The notes beneath the pieces are model-generated. The model did not search any database and was not told the DNA's origin. It worked only from the letters and a program-made list of their open reading frames with translations. DNA of 64,000 nucleotides from contig JBQCFI010000289.1 in NCBI GenBank assembly GCA_051959325.1, positions 28,142-92,141 of the forward strand. The letters are read 5' to 3'. A program made the translations under genes and the position numbers. Shown piece by piece: positions 1 to 9,307 of this stretch (positions are counted from its first letter, which is position 1; every line of letters starts with the position of its first letter). Source of the DNA: Ginsengibacter sp. Lineage in GTDB: Bacteria > Bacteroidota > Bacteroidia > Chitinophagales > Chitinophagaceae.

Positions 1-2
1 AT

Positions 3-287
3 GGGGAATTTGAATTAGTGGAAAGTGAGCATTTTGGACACACAGTAAAAAGTAAATATCCTGAACTTTTTCAAACTAATAAAGGAACAATTTTTAGAAT
101 TTTTAGAACATATTTTATTGGTATAGCAGAGAATAATGAAATTGGAAATTTAGGCCAACTTCAGGTTACCTGGACAACAGATTTCAGTATAGATAAAATA
201 ATTGAAGAATGTTGCCTGGTATTTAAGATATTTTATAAACTTAATTATTCATTGTGGAAAATTGATGACTTAAAAAAACCAAAATAA
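3..287 (+). CDS. 3' end of an unidentified gene (open at window start)
   Basis: Frame is open from base 3 (GEFELVESEHF...) to TAA at 285-287; no recognisable motif. Confidence 0.4.
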   Translation, partial: GEFELVESEHFGHTVKSKYPELFQTNKGTIFRIFRTYFIGIAENNEIGNLGQLQVTWTTDFSIDKIIEECCLVFKIFYKLNYSLWKIDDLKKPK

Positions 288-494
288 ATTTAACTGTCTC
301 AATAAAGAAATTGGATATACTTTTTTTCTATTATCATAAAACAGTAAACGAATAATTAATCGGGATTTCTATTTTTCTTTCAAAATGCATTTAGTTCAAA
401 ATGATTAATTAATTTATTAAGAATTATGATAACTGGGGCCTCTCAAAAAAATATTTCAAAAATATTTTAAAAAATGTTTGTGCTATAATATTCT

Positions 495-510
495 ATCGTA
501 ATTTTGCGAT
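495..510. promoter_or_regulatory. Putative ArsR operator 1 overlapping the -7 box (TAATTTTG, 499-506)
   Basis: Imperfect palindrome ATCGTAATTTTGCGAT just upstream of the arsR ATG; near copy at 873-888. Confidence 0.7.
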
Positions 511-524
511 TAATAAATAAACAC

Positions 525-854
525 ATGGGTGCAACAAAATCAGAAGAATTTACACTAAAGGATAATCGGATTGCCAATTACGCCAAAGCGCTTGCCCATC
601 CTGCACGAGTCGCTATTCTTAATTTATTAATAAAAAAGCAAGCGTGTATTTGTGGCGACATTGTGGACGAACTTCCCTTGTCACAAAGCACCGTTTCACA
701 GCATTTGAAGGAATTAAAGCAGGCAGGATTGATAAAGGGGGATATTGACGGAGCAACTGTTTGTTATTGTATTGATGAAAAGGAATGGAAGGTAGCAAAA
801 GAAAGACTTAATCAGCTTTTTGATTCTTACAAAGGAACAAATCAGTGTTGCTGA
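525..854 (+). CDS. arsR: ArsR/SmtB-family As(III)-responsive repressor
   Basis: [36 protein letters not shown]-terminal CC; ATG at 525 preferred over the track's TTG at 504, which lies in the promoter. Confidence 0.93.
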   Translation: MGATKSEEFTLKDNRIANYAKALAHPARVAILNLLIKKQACICGDIVDELPLSQSTVSQHLKELKQAGLIKGDIDGATVCYCIDEKEWKVAKERLNQLFDSYKGTNQCC

Positions 855-872
855 TTTTTTTTACAAATACTA

Positions 873-888
873 ATCGTAATATTTCGAT
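873..888. promoter_or_regulatory. Putative ArsR operator 2 upstream of arsM
   Basis: ATCGTAATATTTCGAT, 14/16 identical to 495-510. Confidence 0.65.
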
Positions 889-911
889 AATAATAATAAA
901 AACATAAAATA

Positions 912-1745
912 ATGGAAAACGAAAATGACCTAAAAGAAATCGTAAAGCAAAAATATTCAGAAATCGCTTTACAGGACAAAGAAACGAATCAATCATCTTG
1001 CTGCGGTTCCGGCTGTTGTAGTGATGAAGTGTACAACATCATGTCTGAAGATTATCAGCATTTGGAAGGTTACAATCAGGATGCGGATCTTGGTTTGGGA
1101 TGTGGATTGCCAACACAATTTGCAAAGATCAAAAAAGGAGATGTAGTAATTGACCTGGGAAGCGGCGCCGGAAATGATGCTTTTGTAGCGCGCTATGAAA
1201 CCGGCGAGACAGGAAAAGTGATTGGAATAGATTTTACACCTGCGATGATTGAAAAAGCGAGAAGCAATGCAGAATTAAGGGGATTAAACAATGTGGAATT
1301 CCGTCAGGGCGACATCGAACAAATGCCGGTTACTTCTGATGTTGCCGATGTGATTGTAAGCAATTGTGTTTTAAACCTCGTACCAAATAAATCAGGAGTT
1401 TTTAAAGAAATCTTCAGGGTATTGAAGCCAGGTGGCCATTTCAGTATTTCTGACATTGTGTTAGTTGGCGATCTTCCTGCGAACATTCAAAATGCTGCTG
1501 AAATGTACGCAGGCTGTGTTTCAGGTGCTATTCAAAAACAAACGTACCTGGAATTGATAGAATCAAACGGATTCACAAACATTATGATTCAGAAAGAAAA
1601 AACAATCATTGTTCCGGATGATATTTTAAGTAATTATTTATCTGCAGATGAAATCGCATCTTTTAAAAACTCAGGTGCAGGAATTTTTAGTATTACTGTT
1701 TATGCAGAAAAGGATTGTTGTGACCCTAAATCCGGCTGCTGTTAA
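912..1745 (+). CDS. arsM: Arsenite S-adenosylmethionine methyltransferase
   Basis: LGLGCGLP, VIDLGSGAG SAM motif, SNCVLNL, YAGCVSGA; Cys pairs at both termini; ars context. Confidence 0.95.
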   Translation: MENENDLKEIVKQKYSEIALQDKETNQSSCCGSGCCSDEVYNIMSEDYQHLEGYNQDADLGLGCGLPTQFAKIKKGDVVIDLGSGAGNDAFVARYETGETGKVIGIDFTPAMIEKARSNAELRGLNNVEFRQGDIEQMPVTSDVADVIVSNCVLNLVPNKSGVFKEIFRVLKPGGHFSISDIVLVGDLPANIQNAAEMYAGCVSGAIQKQTYLELIESNGFTNIMIQKEKTIIVPDDILSNYLSADEIASFKNSGAGIFSITVYAEKDCCDPKSGCC

Positions 1746-1761
1746 TGTTTAAAATAAATTT

Positions 1762-2196
1762 ATGAAAAAAGTATTAGTGCTGTGTACCGGTAACAGTTGC
1801 CGGAGCCAAATGGCTGAAGGTTATTTAAGATATTTTGCAGGTAACAAGGCGCAGGTTTATAGCGCCGGTGTTGAAACTCATGGCGTTAACACACGGGGTG
1901 TTGCCGTTATGAAAGAAGACGGTGTTGATATATCGACACACACGTCAAATAATATCAACGAATACCGCAACATTGACTTTGATTATATCATCACCGTTTG
2001 CGATAATGCAAGAGAGCGGTGTCCCTTCTTTCCTTCGAATGCTCAAAAGCTTCACCACAACTTTCCTGACCCCGCAAAAGCAACCGGAACAGAGGAAGAA
2101 ATCAAAGAGGCGTTTCGAAGTGTCCGTGACCAAATAAAGGCTTATAGCCAGGATTTTGTAAATAAATATGTAAACGACGAAAAAACAAGTGCTTAA
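1762..2196 (+). CDS. arsC: Arsenate reductase, LMW-PTP/thioredoxin type
   Basis: CTGNSCRSQMAEG P-loop; TVCDNARERCP; FPDP. Confidence 0.95.
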   Translation: MKKVLVLCTGNSCRSQMAEGYLRYFAGNKAQVYSAGVETHGVNTRGVAVMKEDGVDISTHTSNNINEYRNIDFDYIITVCDNARERCPFFPSNAQKLHHNFPDPAKATGTEEEIKEAFRSVRDQIKAYSQDFVNKYVNDEKTSA

Positions 2197-2207
2197 ATAA
2201 TATCGGG

Positions 2208-2369
2208 ACTTTACAGGCAGGGATTTTTCCTGAAAATATAGCAAGCATTAAAATTCATGAAGCGTATGGGTTTCGGATACTGGATACAAGAGAACGCATC
2301 GGGCAAATGAATGGGAAATGGAGAGATATTATTTTAATGGAAAGAAGAAGTAACATAACTGTCGTTTAA
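2208..2369 (+). pseudogene. C-terminal remnant of a phosphinothricin-acetyltransferase-like GNAT (ArsN-type)
   Basis: Manual translation TLQAGIFPENIASIKIHEAYGFRILDTRERIGQMNGKWRDIILMERRS...; no in-frame start upstream. Confidence 0.8.
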
Positions 2370-2383
2370 TAAAAAATAATGAG

Positions 2384-3229
2384 ATGAAAACTATTCTTAT
2401 CCCCACTGATTTTTCTACTACAGCTTTAAACGCTGCAAAGTACATTTCAACTATGTGTAAAAAAACAGAAACTGAACGGTTGATCTTATATCATTCGTAT
2501 GAAATAATTCATCCTGGTATGACTCTTCTTACCGATATTCTTGAACCACCTCCATTGCAACTAAGGGAATTAGAAAATGAGGCAATCAGAAAACTGAGTG
2601 CTTTAAGGAAAACACTTTCTCCTTTGGTAAACGATTCGACAGCTATAGAATATACTACCAACGATCTTCCGCTTACCAAAGGAATAGATGAAATAATTAT
2701 TAAAGAAAAAATAGATTTAGTTACTATTGGAATTAGTGGAATGGAGAATGACGGCAGGAACATAATAGGTAGTAATACATTAAAAATAATAAAAGAATGT
2801 AAAACTTCTTTGCTCATTGTACCTTCTACAGCTACTTTTAATGGTATTAAAAAATCAATATTGGCAGTTGATCTGCATGATATTGCTGAAACGCTTCCAG
2901 TGGCGCAGCTAAAACAACTGCTGACGAAATTATCATCAAAATTGGTTGTTGTGAATGTTGAGCATCACGAAACTATGGGCGCAGATATGTTGATGAAAGA
3001 GGAAACCATTCTTCATCATTTACTCAATGGCCTGAATCCTGAATATGATTATCTTGAAAATAAAAACAAAGTAGAGGGGCTATTAACATTTGCTGAAAAG
3101 CGAAAAATCAATTTAACGATTGTTATCCACAGAAAATATGGTTTGATTGAACAATTGTTTCATACAAGTATAACCAAAAAGCTTGCAATTAAAACCGATG
3201 TTCCCTTAATTATTTTACATAAGAATTAA
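2384..3229 (+). CDS. Universal stress protein (tandem USP domains)
   Basis: [11 protein letters not shown] start, IGSNT.KII motif, LIVP, C-terminal TDVPLIIL. Confidence 0.88.
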   Translation: MKTILIPTDFSTTALNAAKYISTMCKKTETERLILYHSYEIIHPGMTLLTDILEPPPLQLRELENEAIRKLSALRKTLSPLVNDSTAIEYTTNDLPLTKGIDEIIIKEKIDLVTIGISGMENDGRNIIGSNTLKIIKECKTSLLIVPSTATFNGIKKSILAVDLHDIAETLPVAQLKQLLTKLSSKLVVVNVEHHETMGADMLMKEETILHHLLNGLNPEYDYLENKNKVEGLLTFAEKRKINLTIVIHRKYGLIEQLFHTSITKKLAIKTDVPLIILHKN

Positions 3230-3249
3230 ACAGAATAATACGAATCATA

Positions 3250-4332
3250 ATGACAGCAAATAATTGTGCTCCGGCGAATGAAAGAAAGAAATTAAGCTTT
3301 TTAGATAGGTATTTAACCTTATGGATATTTTTAGCAATGTCGATTGGTGTTTCTATCGGATACTTCTTTCCCGCATCGTCTGCATTTATTAATTCCTTTT
3401 CATCCGGCACTACCAATATTCCCTTAGCCATTGGGCTTATCCTGATGATGTATCCACCTTTTGCAAAAGTGAAGTATGATAAGATGAGTGAAGTTTTTAA
3501 AAACACAAAGGTGTTAGGTGTTTCATTATTTCTTAACTGGATAATCGGGCCAATACTGATGTTTATTTTGGCAATTATTTTTCTAAATGGCTATCCTGAA
3601 TACATGACTGGTTTAATTCTCATTGGGCTTGCACGATGCATCGCAATGGTAATCGTTTGGAATGAATTAGCCGAAGGCAGCCGGGAATATGCTGCGGGCC
3701 TGGTTGCATTAAACAGTATTTTCCAGGTATTATTATATAGTGTCTATGCTTACGTTTTTATAACAATCCTTCCTCCTTTATTTGGTATCACAGGCTCAGA
3801 AGTAAACATTACCATTGGTCAAATTGCAGAAAGTGTTGCCATTTATTTAGGTATTCCATTTGCCGCAGGAATTCTAAGCAGGTATGCCTTAATAAAATTA
3901 AAAGGAGGAGAATGGTATGAGAAAAAATTCGTTCCGGTAATTTCCCCAATAACGCTGATAGCGCTTCTTTTTACGATTGTAATTATGTTTAGTTTGAAAG
4001 GAGAACTGATTGTTCAGATACCGATGGATGTGGTACGAATTGCAGTCCCATTGGTGATTTATTTTGTAATCATGTTCTTTGTCAGTTTTTTAATTGGCAG
4101 GAAAATGGGCGCAGATTATTCAACCAATACTTCCATAGCTTTTACAGCAGCAGGAAACAATTTTGAATTAGCAATAGCAGTTGCGATTGGCGTATTTGGA
4201 ATTAATTCAGGACAGGCATTTGCAGGTGTAATTGGCCCATTAGTCGAAGTGCCTGCATTAATTGCTTTGGTGAATGTAGCCTTTTGGCTGCGAAGAAAAT
4301 ATTATTCTAAAACACAGTTACAAAATACTTAA
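3250..4332 (+). CDS. acr3: ACR3-family arsenite efflux permease
   Basis: [50 protein letters not shown]. Confidence 0.96.
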   Translation: MTANNCAPANERKKLSFLDRYLTLWIFLAMSIGVSIGYFFPASSAFINSFSSGTTNIPLAIGLILMMYPPFAKVKYDKMSEVFKNTKVLGVSLFLNWIIGPILMFILAIIFLNGYPEYMTGLILIGLARCIAMVIVWNELAEGSREYAAGLVALNSIFQVLLYSVYAYVFITILPPLFGITGSEVNITIGQIAESVAIYLGIPFAAGILSRYALIKLKGGEWYEKKFVPVISPITLIALLFTIVIMFSLKGELIVQIPMDVVRIAVPLVIYFVIMFFVSFLIGRKMGADYSTNTSIAFTAAGNNFELAIAVAIGVFGINSGQAFAGVIGPLVEVPALIALVNVAFWLRRKYYSKTQLQNT

Positions 4333-4342
4333 ATGAAATAAA

Positions 4343-5116
4343 ATGAAAATTGCATTATTCTCAGATATTCATTCCAACCTTCCTGCACTGGAGGCGTTTT
4401 TTAAAGATGTAGAAAATCACAAGCCTGATGTGCTTTATTGCCTTGGCGATTTAGTAGGTTATAATATCTGGCCAAATGAAGTAATCAGTGAAATAAGAAA
4501 AAGGCATATTCCAACAATTGCAGGCAATTATGATTTTGGGATTGGCAGAAAGAGTGATGATTGTGGCTGTGCTTATAAAGAAGAACATGAAAAAGAAATG
4601 GGCAAAATATCTATCTCTTTTACCAACTCAATTATAAAAGAAGAGGAAAGAAATTATTTAAGAACATTGCCAGCTCACATCAAAATAGAGTTTCAGTTGA
4701 ATGATGATAAACTGAATTTATTATTAGTGCATGGAAGTCCCCGAAAAATAAATGAGTATTTGTTTGAAGACAGGGAAGAAAAAAGTCTATTGAGAATAAT
4801 GGAACAGGCTGATGCAGACATTATGTGCTTCGGTCATACTCACAAACCTTATCACAGAATTTTACAAACAGTGTTAGATGAAAATACTCATTATCGTCAT
4901 GCAATAAACATTGGTTCAGTAGGCAAACCTAAAGACAGAAATCCAAAAGGTGGATATGTGATTCTTTCAGTAAATGAGAATAGTAGTATTTCCAATAAAG
5001 ACAGTGTATCAGTTGAATTTATGCGTTTTGATTATGACATAGAAAAAGCTGCAAAAGCAATAGAGGATAGCGAATTACCTGACGAGTATGCAGAAATGTT
5101 GAGGAAAGGACTGTGA
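4343..5116 (+). CDS. Metallophosphoesterase (calcineurin-like, YfcE-type), ars-associated
   Basis: SDIHSN, LGDLVGY, GNYD, HGSP, GHTHKP motifs; also DDCGCAY. Confidence 0.9.
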   Translation: MKIALFSDIHSNLPALEAFFKDVENHKPDVLYCLGDLVGYNIWPNEVISEIRKRHIPTIAGNYDFGIGRKSDDCGCAYKEEHEKEMGKISISFTNSIIKEEERNYLRTLPAHIKIEFQLNDDKLNLLLVHGSPRKINEYLFEDREEKSLLRIMEQADADIMCFGHTHKPYHRILQTVLDENTHYRHAINIGSVGKPKDRNPKGGYVILSVNENSSISNKDSVSVEFMRFDYDIEKAAKAIEDSELPDEYAEMLRKGL

Positions 5117-5364
5117 GATTTTCAAATTTTATTGGCAAAAGAACTTCACCTTATTTGACGGAAGGTTATGGTTTTTTAATTAGTGAAAGTGTTCGCCTTG
5201 TGTTAAAAAGAAAAAAATTTTGGTTTTATTGTGAACAATAAAATAAAATAGCATGAAAATAAACTCCTGCTCTTCTTAGAATGTTCCAAATAAAAAATTG
5301 GGTTGCAGTCCTGTAAAGAAATAATATAAGGCAACATATCCTCTACTTTTTCACTTTAACCATC

Positions 5365-6186
5365 CTAATTCTTTTTCAAGCCAAAACCACGCCTTAAGAG
5401 GTAATCAAACAGTCGTTGCGGTAACAATACTTTCAGGTAAGGCATCCAGTGGGCTTCACTTCCAGCACCGTATCGTAAACGTGGTGAACCGGTATGCACA
5501 ACTTTCAGGATAAGTTGCGCCACTTTATAGGGATCGCCGCCCTTGTTCAGGCTATTATGTAAGGTTTGACGGGCTGCAGATCGTACAGCATCATAATCTG
5601 GTATGGTATCTTTTGAAATGGATGCTGCATTTATAACATTAGTTTTGAATGCTCCAGGCTCTATTAGGGAAACATCTATACCCAAGGGCCAAACCTCATG
5701 TCGTAGTGCTTCGGTATATCCCGCAAGAGCATGTTTGGAAGCAGAGTAGAAAGCCTCTCCCGGTTCGCCAATCCATGCAGCCAAAGATCCAATATTAATG
5801 ATCCTGCCTTTTTTCCGGTTCCTCATTATAGGCAGAACCGCATTGGTGACACGCACAACTCCAAAAAAATTGGTTTCAAAGATGGAATAGATTTCTTCCA
5901 TGGAAGTTTCTTCGGCAACACCTAAATGCTCTATACCAGCATTATTAATAAGTAAATCTATGCTACCTGCCTTCACCAGCATTTCAGAAACACATCGCCT
6001 GACAGAATCATCATAACGTACGTCTAATTCCAACATTTCGATACCGTTCCCATCGGGCAACTTTCTTCGACTTGTACCAAAAACACGAAATCCTTGCTCA
6101 GCAAATAACTGTGCAGTTGCTTTACCGATGCCAGAAGAAGCTCCGGTAATAAGCACATTTTGTTTATTTGTCTGTTGTTGTTTCAT
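5365..6186 (-). CDS. Short-chain dehydrogenase/reductase
   Basis: TGASSGIG, NNAG, YSASK catalytic motif, EPG. Confidence 0.92.
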   Translation of the reverse strand: MKQQQTNKQNVLITGASSGIGKATAQLFAEQGFRVFGTSRRKLPDGNGIEMLELDVRYDDSVRRCVSEMLVKAGSIDLLINNAGIEHLGVAEETSMEEIYSIFETNFFGVVRVTNAVLPIMRNRKKGRIINIGSLAAWIGEPGEAFYSASKHALAGYTEALRHEVWPLGIDVSLIEPGAFKTNVINAASISKDTIPDYDAVRSAARQTLHNSLNKGGDPYKVAQLILKVVHTGSPRLRYGAGSEAHWMPYLKVLLPQRLFDYLLRRGFGLKKN

Positions 6187-6238
6187 TTTGTTTTACCTCA
6201 TCTTTTATACCTTAGATAAAAAACGCTGGCATTTCTCT

Positions 6239-6568
6239 TTAATGCCGTGGCGAATAATAAATAATACAAACTCCTAACAAAGCAATTAATGCCCCAACAA
6301 TGTCATACTTTGTTGGTGAATACTTGTCAAATTTATAAGCCCAAAGAAGAGATAGGACAATAAAGAAGCCACCGTATGTTGCATACACTTTTGCAAAATT
6401 AGAAGTTTGCATAGTTGCGACCACACCATAAAGTGCAAGTACAAAAGCGCCCAGAAGTCCATACCACAAAGGTTTGCCTTCTTTGAGCCAAAGCCAGATA
6501 AGATAGCCCCCGCCGATTTCGCAGAGCCCTGCCAGTACAAATATTGATATGGATTTTAGTATTGACAT
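6239..6568 (-). CDS. ynfA: YnfA-family small multidrug-resistance-like membrane protein
   Basis: AGLCEIGGGYL, F.KVYATYGG.FI, four hydrophobic segments. Confidence 0.88.
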   Translation of the reverse strand: MSILKSISIFVLAGLCEIGGGYLIWLWLKEGKPLWYGLLGAFVLALYGVVATMQTSNFAKVYATYGGFFIVLSLLWAYKFDKYSPTKYDIVGALIALLGVCIIYYSPRH

Positions 6569-6574
6569 TGTTAA

Positions 6575-6964
6575 CTACAATTCTAATTCTGATTTAATAA
6601 AATTTTTTGCTCCTTTCGGTCCTGTTATTTCTAACCATGCTTCACTTTTGTCTCCACTGATAGAAAGATTGAAAATGAAAAAGCCGCAACATATGCGTTC
6701 GGTCTTTACAAATTCAGCAAGTTCATCTACCATTTTGTCTGTTCCCGTAAACTTGTAAGAATATCCGTTTTTCAATTCTTTCTTTGTAAGCATCTGGCTT
6801 TTCAAACTTTTGATAACAGTTTCTTTTCGTTTTCTAAGTTCTGGTGTTGTCAGTTTGCACGTAAGTTCACCTTTTTTGTTTTTGGCTTCACAGTCGTCTG
6901 AACAAACGTTCGCAGACTTTGTAGTTTTTTTTATCTTGCTTTGAGCGTTGGAAAATGTTGTCAT
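6575..6964 (-). CDS. Conserved hypothetical Cys-containing protein (metal-island type), 5' end possibly damaged
   Basis: CSDDC, LTCKLTTPELRKRK, ERICCGFF; upstream in-frame ATG near 6994 is followed by TAG at codon 3. Confidence 0.65.
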   Translation of the reverse strand: MTTFSNAQSKIKKTTKSANVCSDDCEAKNKKGELTCKLTTPELRKRKETVIKSLKSQMLTKKELKNGYSYKFTGTDKMVDELAEFVKTERICCGFFIFNLSISGDKSEAWLEITGPKGAKNFIKSELEL

Positions 6965-7276
6965 TGTTACGAAAAATTGAAAATTCTATTTCATATTTGT
7001 TTAATTTCCAAGGTGGAGCCTTCAAACGAATGCCTTTCACCATTTCATGAGGAATCAAACAGATTTTCGACAAATTTCCTGATTGATTTTCAGCGTCTAT
7101 CAATAGGGTTTTTGTAATGTTGTCCCGGCAAATGTAACTTTTTTTTTTACGTGGCTCTATAATATTCCCAAATGGCATAGATATACAGACCTTTGATTTC
7201 CATTACAATACTGCCAATTCATCATTGCCCGCTCAAAATAAAAATTGTAATTATTTGTATGTTTACTGTAAATTAT

Positions 7277-7358
7277 TATCTGAATCAGATTGACAGGATC
7301 GTTTGATTATCAGGATTAATTCCTCCAATCTTCTAATCTTGAAAATCTCATTCAGACA
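7277..7358. repeat. Degenerate REP/MITE-like inverted repeat
   Basis: Left arm TATCTGAATCAGATTGACAGGATC vs reverse complement of right arm TGTCTGAATGAGATTTTCAAGATT (18/24 by eye). Confidence 0.5.
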
Positions 7359-7653
7359 GCGAAGATGATAAAATATCCAGATGATAAAATCAATAACTGG
7401 TTTTTGAGTTGTAAAGATTGAGTGGGAAGAAGATGAAGCAAACTGGATTCATTATTTATTGGTGAATTTCAAAATTCTTTTTTGGCGTTTATTTATAACA
7501 TAATCCAAATTCTAATAGCTGCATAGATATTGTATCCTTTTTAGCAGGTTTTTATTAGCAATCATTCACAACAGGATACAATCTCTGGATCATTTTTTTA
7601 TTTTTATAACCAACATTGCAACGGTTGTCACTTATTCAACATCGGTTATTTTA

Positions 7654-8106
7654 TTGCTTTATTCCATCATCAAAAAAAGATTTTTGTTGCAAAGAAAAAG
7701 TTGGTTGGTTTTTATTTCCCTTATTTTAACATCTGCTGTTATTGATAGTTTGAAACATATTGTAAACCGTACACGTCCTTTCATTACTTATCCTTCGATT
7801 CATAACCTGGTAAATGTTTCAACGGCTTCATTTCCTTCGGGGCATACCGGCGAAGTTTTTGTGTTGCCAACCGCAATTACACTTCTTTTTCAGAAACGGA
7901 AATGGTGCGTTTTAGTTGTTTGGATATGGGCATTTCTTGTTGCTTATACCCGCTTGGTTTTAGGGGTTCATTATCCAAGTGATGTTTTAGCTTCCGTAGT
8001 TATTGGAACAGGCATCGGTATTGCTTTTCCGCAATTCTTAATTAAGCGTGGCTTTCTTCAGCATCATATTCGTTGGGAACGATTATATTCAAAGCGGAAG
8101 GAATAA
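7654..8106 (+). CDS. PAP2-family membrane phosphatase #1 (start uncertain, possibly pseudogene)
   Basis: KHIVNRTRP, FPSGH, TRLVLGVHYPSD; in-frame homology (IHNRIQSLDHFFIFITN) continues upstream to about 7540 with no ATG. Confidence 0.8.
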   Translation: MLYSIIKKRFLLQRKSWLVFISLILTSAVIDSLKHIVNRTRPFITYPSIHNLVNVSTASFPSGHTGEVFVLPTAITLLFQKRKWCVLVVWIWAFLVAYTRLVLGVHYPSDVLASVVIGTGIGIAFPQFLIKRGFLQHHIRWERLYSKRKE

Positions 8107-8302
8107 TTTCCGCAGTTACTTTATCCGTTTTACCATTGTATTCTCCATCAATCTGAAAATCAATTTTTCTTTCCGTGGAAATCACTGCTTTTGTTGCTTG
8201 AAAAATTTCTACATTTTGTGGATTGAATGGCTTGCTGTTTAAAAACATTTTGATCATTCCTATAATTGAAATTTTTCTGACAACAACTATTTCAAATTTT
8301 CC
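8042..8302 (-). pseudogene. C-terminal remnant of a diacylglycerol/lipid kinase (YegS/DAGK family)
   Basis: GKFEIVVVRK...FQIDGEY.G...AEIIPSALNIIVP; the N-terminal catalytic half is absent. Confidence 0.7.
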
Positions 8303-8654
8303 AGAATATGATACATGAGATGGAAAGTGTAGGTGTATTATGTTGTTATTTTAAACATAGCGCCCAAGCCGTTATTCATTCAAAAAGGATTGGTCTTATT
8401 CAATAAATGTTCTTTAAAATTTTTCAAATTTATCGTTGAATATTAAGGAATGCAAATTGTGTAATGCGTTCTTGTTCAAAAATTATACAGAATCAAATCA
8501 TTAGGACGCTTCGCAATGCAGAATAAAATGTTACATGTACTTATGTCAGCGCTTAGCAGAAATGAATAAAAATAACAAAGTGATTATTGAAACTGTTGCT
8601 GCTCTTGTCCTCAATGCGAACAAACTTTCGAAAAACTAAAATTAAAAATCTTCA

Positions 8655-8677
8655 ATAAAAGTGCTTTTACTGTTCTT
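8655..8677. repeat. 23-bp exact repeat, copy 1 (contains palindrome TAAAAG-TG-CTTTTA)
   Basis: ATAAAAGTGCTTTTACTGTTCTT, identical at 11303-11325. Confidence 0.85.
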
Positions 8678-8709
8678 CAAATTTTCTCCAGAATCTGTTT
8701 TTACATTTG
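8676..8709 (+). promoter_or_regulatory. Response-regulator-type direct-repeat box plus -7 box
   Basis: TTCAAATTTTCTCCAGAATC, 6 nt, TACATTTG. Confidence 0.7.
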
Positions 8710-8722
8710 AATAAAATAAAAA

Positions 8723-9151
8723 ATGAAAAAGACAAACAAAATATTATCCCTTGCTTTTGCTACCGGTATTTTTCTTGCTTCCTGCGGAAATAATACATCA
8801 AATGTTCCTGCAAATGTGAAAGCGAATTTTGAAAAAGATTTTCCAGGCGTAAATGCCAAATGGGACAAAGAAGATTCCAGTTTTGAAGCCAGTTTTAAAC
8901 AAAATAATAATACAATGTCTGCAATGTACGATGCTAATGGAAACAAATTGGAAACAGAGCAGGATATTGATGCAGCCGCAATTCCGCAAAATATAAAAGA
9001 TTATGTTTTTCAAAATTATAAAGGAAAAAACATTAAAGAAGCCATCATTACCAAAGCGAACAGCGAAGTAAATTACGAAGCGGAAGTAAAAGAAAATGAT
9101 TTACTATTTACAAAAGATGGCCAATTTATAAAGGCAACCAAGGCAGATTAA
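8723..9151 (+). CDS. PepSY-like (BLIP-like/DUF2874) lipoprotein
   Basis: Lipobox LASC; FEKDFP..AKWDKE..FEASF repeat units. Confidence 0.8.
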   Translation: MKKTNKILSLAFATGIFLASCGNNTSNVPANVKANFEKDFPGVNAKWDKEDSSFEASFKQNNNTMSAMYDANGNKLETEQDIDAAAIPQNIKDYVFQNYKGKNIKEAIITKANSEVNYEAEVKENDLLFTKDGQFIKATKAD

Positions 9152-9260
9152 AGTGTAAAATTAAAACACTGATTTTAGTATTAGTCAGAAATGAACTCAA
9201 AAGAGGAAGGGCGTATTGTCAAAAAACAAAGAACTATAGTTGTCGAATCCAAAGTCTTTC

Positions 9261-9294
9261 TTCAGAATTCCTTCAAAATTATTTTGTAATTTTT
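9261..9294 (+). promoter_or_regulatory. Direct-repeat box plus -7-like box upstream of the response regulator (autoregulation)
   Basis: TTCAGAATTCCTTCAAAATT, 6 nt, TAATTTTT. Confidence 0.65.
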
Positions 9295-9307
9295 CCAAAA
9301 ATTCGCA

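Noticed and set aside
7010-7055. GGTGGAGCCTTC, resembling a fluoride aptamer 5' end
   Set aside because: It lacks the GGAAATGG start, the P1 closure and the downstream TGATG/pseudoknot strand.
6888-7178. Minus-strand ORF containing LKAPP, resembling RAPP arrest motifs
   Set aside because: The motif is mid-ORF, the ORF overlaps the next gene, and no family is recognisable; at most a decayed leader.
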